From positions 176,880 through 240,879 of the forward strand of contig MFUZ01000006.1 in NCBI GenBank assembly GCA_001785865.1: a stretch of DNA of 64,000 nucleotides, given 5' to 3'. The notes below the pieces were generated by a model that saw only the letters and a list, made by a program, of their open reading frames with translations, was not told the DNA's origin and searched no databases. How positions within the stretch are numbered: the stretch's first letter is position 1; the number at the start of each line of letters is the position of its first letter. A program made the position numbers and the translations under genes. Source of the stretch: Candidatus Nomurabacteria bacterium RIFCSPLOWO2_01_FULL_41_18 (GTDB lineage Bacteria > Patescibacteriota > Minisyncoccia > Phycocordibacterales > UBA9973). Shown piece by piece: positions 61,145 through 64,000 of the stretch.

Positions 61145-61741
61145 ATGACTAAAAAAGAAGAACTAGAGAATTTACATAATAAATGGAAACAAGAATGCTC
61201 GTGCGAACTTAAAAAAACAGCCACGCAGGCAGTGCCAGGGGCTGGCAGCCCTGATGCAGAGATAGTCTTTATCGGAGAAGCGCCAGGAAAGAAGGAAGAC
61301 GAACTCGGAATCCCATTTGTCGGATCTGCGGGGAAATTCTTGGACGAAATGCTAGGGTTGATAAATTTAAAAAGAGAAGATATATACATCACAAACGTAG
61401 TAAAGTACCGCCCGCCAAACAATCGCGATCCTAGCCCCGAAGAAAAAAGTGCCTGCCGAGAATGGCTCTTGGAAGAGCTTAAAATAATTTCCCCAAAACT
61501 CATAATCTTCCTCGGGCGTCATGCAATGAACAATTTCTTTCCAGAACTCCAGATATCCGGCGCGCATGGTAAATTATTAATCAAATCTTTCAAAGATATA
61601 TCTACAAAATATTTCTTCCCTCTTTATCATCCAGCAGCTGCTCTGTATGACGGCTCTATGCGTGAAACTTTAAAAGACGATTTTAAAAAAATTCCGAAAG
61701 TCTTGAAGGAGATAGAGAAACGTGAAGAAAAAGCAAATTAG
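61145..61741 (+). CDS. udg: Uracil-DNA glycosylase, family 4
   Basis: GEAPG..ED..G.PFVG.AG, RPPNNRDP, YHPAA. Confidence 0.93.
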   Translation: MTKKEELENLHNKWKQECSCELKKTATQAVPGAGSPDAEIVFIGEAPGKKEDELGIPFVGSAGKFLDEMLGLINLKREDIYITNVVKYRPPNNRDPSPEEKSACREWLLEELKIISPKLIIFLGRHAMNNFFPELQISGAHGKLLIKSFKDISTKYFFPLYHPAAALYDGSMRETLKDDFKKIPKVLKEIEKREEKAN

Positions 61742-61758
61742 TGTATAATCTTGAGACA

Positions 61759-62511
61759 ATGTCAGATAAAATAAAAATCGTAATTTTAGCGGCGGGCAAG
61801 GGCAAAAGGATGCAAAGCGCACTGCCGAAGGTTTTGATTCCCTTCAAAAATAAACCCCTAATTTTCCATGTTCTGGATAGCGTAAAAAAATCCGGAGTGG
61901 ATCACAGGCCGACGATCGTCGTTGGACAACAGCGTGAATTGGTGATGAAAACCCTCGGAAATGATTACAATTATATAATACAAGAAGACCAGAAAGGCAC
62001 CGGGCACGCAGTCATCATCGCCCAAAAAACTCTAGAGAATGATGCAGATCACATAGTCGTGCTTTATGGAGACCACCCTTTTGTAAGTCCGGAAACCATA
62101 AAAAAATTAGTGCAGAAACATTTGGACTCTCACGGAAAAATAACATTGGCAACAGTCAAGCTTCCAGACTTCGAGGATTGGCGATCAGTGTTTGCTAAAA
62201 GTTTTTCCCGCATCATTAGAGACGAAAATGAAAATATAATAAAAGATGTACAGTATAAAGATACAACTCTCGAAGAGAGAAAAGTGACTGAAGTAAATCC
62301 ATGCTATTTTTGTTTCGAAGCAAAATGGCTTTGGGAGAAACTTAAAACCTTAAATACAAATAATGCTCAAAAGGAATATTATCTGACTGATTTAGTAAAA
62401 ATAGCTATGCAAGAAAAAATAAAAATAGCATCAATAAATATAGATCCAAAAGAAGCTTTGGGTGTAAACTCTAAAGAAGAATTGGAAGTATTAAATAATT
62501 TGGCAATATAA
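61759..62511 (+). CDS. Nucleotidyltransferase resembling the GlmU N-terminal domain (no acetyltransferase domain)
   Basis: ILAAGKGKRM.S.LPKVL, GTGHAV, YGD.P, EYYLTD, GVNS. Confidence 0.85.
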   Translation: MSDKIKIVILAAGKGKRMQSALPKVLIPFKNKPLIFHVLDSVKKSGVDHRPTIVVGQQRELVMKTLGNDYNYIIQEDQKGTGHAVIIAQKTLENDADHIVVLYGDHPFVSPETIKKLVQKHLDSHGKITLATVKLPDFEDWRSVFAKSFSRIIRDENENIIKDVQYKDTTLEERKVTEVNPCYFCFEAKWLWEKLKTLNTNNAQKEYYLTDLVKIAMQEKIKIASINIDPKEALGVNSKEELEVLNNLAI

Positions 62512-62518
62512 TCATCAT

Positions 62519-63769
62519 ATGCATCCCCCACACAATCCATTTGAAAACGCGATGGCCCAGCTCGACCTCGCCGCAAAGCTAAGAAACTTTGACGACAGTT
62601 TTATTGACAGCCTGAGGGAACCGAACCGCGACATCAGAGTCTCGATCAAAGTAAAAATGGATAATGGGGGGACGGAAATATTTGAAGGATATCGGGTGGA
62701 ATACAACAATTCCCTCGGGCCCTACAAGGGCGGAATAAGGTATCATCCTAAAACAGAGATAAATGAAGTGAAGGCTCTCGCCTTCTGGATGACGCTCAAA
62801 TGCGCCGTAGTAGGCATCCCGATGGGCGGAGGCAAAGGCGGAATAACTGTCGAGCCAAAAAATTTATCAAAATCGGAATTAGAGAGACTTTCCCGCGGGT
62901 GGGTAGAGAGCCTTTCTGACGTCTTGGGGCCATACAAGGACATCCCTGCTCCGGATATAAACACTACTCCGGAGATAATGGCGTGGATGGCAGATGAATT
63001 TGCAAAAATATCCGGCGACAAAACTCTCGCCACCTTTACCGGCAAACCGATGGCGAAAGGAGGCTCAGAGGGGCGAAATGAAGCCACCGGCCTAGGCGGG
63101 TTTTACGTTTTAGAAACACTACGCAAAGAAATAGGATTACCGGAAAAATGCGAGGTAGCTATCCAAGGATTTGGAAACGTGGGCAGTAATGCGGCGAAAA
63201 TTTTTATTGATCATGGGCATAAAGTGACAGCCGTTTCAGATTCTCAAAGCGGAATTTATAACCCGAACGGTCTCGATATCAAAAAAGTCTTGGAATTTAA
63301 AAAAAATACCGGAACCCTATTAAATTTTTCAAAAGAAAATCCGGAATGTAAGAACATTACCAACGAAGAACTCCTTGAATTGCCTTGTGATATTCTCATC
63401 CCGGCCGCCTTTGAAAATGTCATCACCGGCTCTAACGCCGACAAAATACAGGCACGAGCGATTCTGGAGCTCGCTAATGGGCCGGTCACTCCGGAAGCGG
63501 ACGAGATCCTATTTAAAAAAAACATCCCCGTCATACCGGACATATTGGCCAATGCTGGCGGAGTGACAGTGTCTTATTTTGAATGGGAGCAAAATCTAAA
63601 GGGTGAGCATTGGACACCAGAGCAAATTTTTGAAAAATTAAGACCAATAATGGAAACCGCTTCCAGTGAAATATTTAACAAAGCCAAAGATGTCAATACT
63701 TCTCTCCGCATGGGAGCTTTTATAGTGGCTCTTGAAAGAATTCAGCGAAAAAAATTAAGTAGCATTTAG
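62519..63769 (+). CDS. gdhA: Glutamate dehydrogenase (Glu/Leu/Phe/Val family)
   Basis: GPYKGGIRYHP, GGGKGG, PAPD, QGFGNVG, NAGGVTVSYFEW. Confidence 0.93.
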   Translation: MHPPHNPFENAMAQLDLAAKLRNFDDSFIDSLREPNRDIRVSIKVKMDNGGTEIFEGYRVEYNNSLGPYKGGIRYHPKTEINEVKALAFWMTLKCAVVGIPMGGGKGGITVEPKNLSKSELERLSRGWVESLSDVLGPYKDIPAPDINTTPEIMAWMADEFAKISGDKTLATFTGKPMAKGGSEGRNEATGLGGFYVLETLRKEIGLPEKCEVAIQGFGNVGSNAAKIFIDHGHKVTAVSDSQSGIYNPNGLDIKKVLEFKKNTGTLLNFSKENPECKNITNEELLELPCDILIPAAFENVITGSNADKIQARAILELANGPVTPEADEILFKKNIPVIPDILANAGGVTVSYFEWEQNLKGEHWTPEQIFEKLRPIMETASSEIFNKAKDVNTSLRMGAFIVALERIQRKKLSSI

Positions 63770-63781
63770 TTAATTTAAAAA

Positions 63782-63815
63782 TACTTATAAATCTGCGATA
63801 GCAGAAACATAAGTA
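63782..63815. repeat. 34-bp TAC...GTA hairpin just past the stop of the second Cas2-like gene
   Basis: TACTTAT-AAA-TCTGC-GATA-GCAGA-AAC-ATAAGTA. Confidence 0.65.
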
Positions 63816-63818
63816 ACT

Positions 63819-64000
63819 TTATTTTTTAAACATGTAACCTTTTGCTAATTTGAAAGTTTTCAACCCATCTTTAATACCTATACTTTCCACATATTCCAAA
63901 AATTCCCTTGGAAGAGGTGAAGGTCCCACCCATACACTTTTCTGAATCATTAAATAATTGAACTTTTTTAGGTGCCAGCGAAGCCATTCCCTTTCAGCTT
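63819..64000 (-). CDS. C-terminal part of a second PaaX/Cas2-like protein (truncated by the window; not in ORF track)
   Basis: Manual translation AEREWLRWHLKKFNYLMIQKSVWVGPSPLP... has the same R..LR..L...Q.SVW pattern as 39452-40057. Confidence 0.75.
   Translation of the reverse strand, partial: AEREWLRWHLKKFNYLMIQKSVWVGPSPLPREFLEYVESIGIKDGLKTFKLAKGYMFKK

Overview
AT-rich chromosomal segment of a small-genome bacterium (standard code 11). Gene content and style fit a Patescibacteria/CPR Parcubacterium, possibly Nomurabacteria; this is an inference from short housekeeping proteins, CPR-type S21, the Cys-rich CPR family and PaaX/Cas2-like genes. The core genes are alr, a tandem-domain ddl, pepP, rseP, frr, holB, mreB, rsmI, a full F-ATPase operon, prfA, rpmE, rplY, fba, gatB, a MacAB-like exporter, obgE, rmuC, msrAB, mraZ-rsmH-ftsL-ftsI-murF, lysS, greA, rpsU-ybeY-ftsA-ftsZ, trxB, udg, a glmU-like gene and gdhA, plus four tRNAs. 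Five unusual layers sit on top of this core. (1) Many families of short palindromic elements, often inserted in frame in essential genes or supplying start/stop codons. (2) A wHTH/Cas2-like gene bracketed by two 32-bp hairpin direct repeats, with a second paralog ending beside a similar TAC...GTA hairpin. (3) About ten self-contained orphan cassettes (consensus promoter, SD-like or A/C-rich leader, terminator), whereas many core genes look leaderless; some cassette products carry export signals unexpected in CPR. (4) A cobalamin riboswitch controlling transcobalamin-like surface proteins. (5) Two promoter-driven structured RNA candidates and a 3-copy covarying ~130-bp element. All annotations come from reading motifs by eye; no database searches were run.
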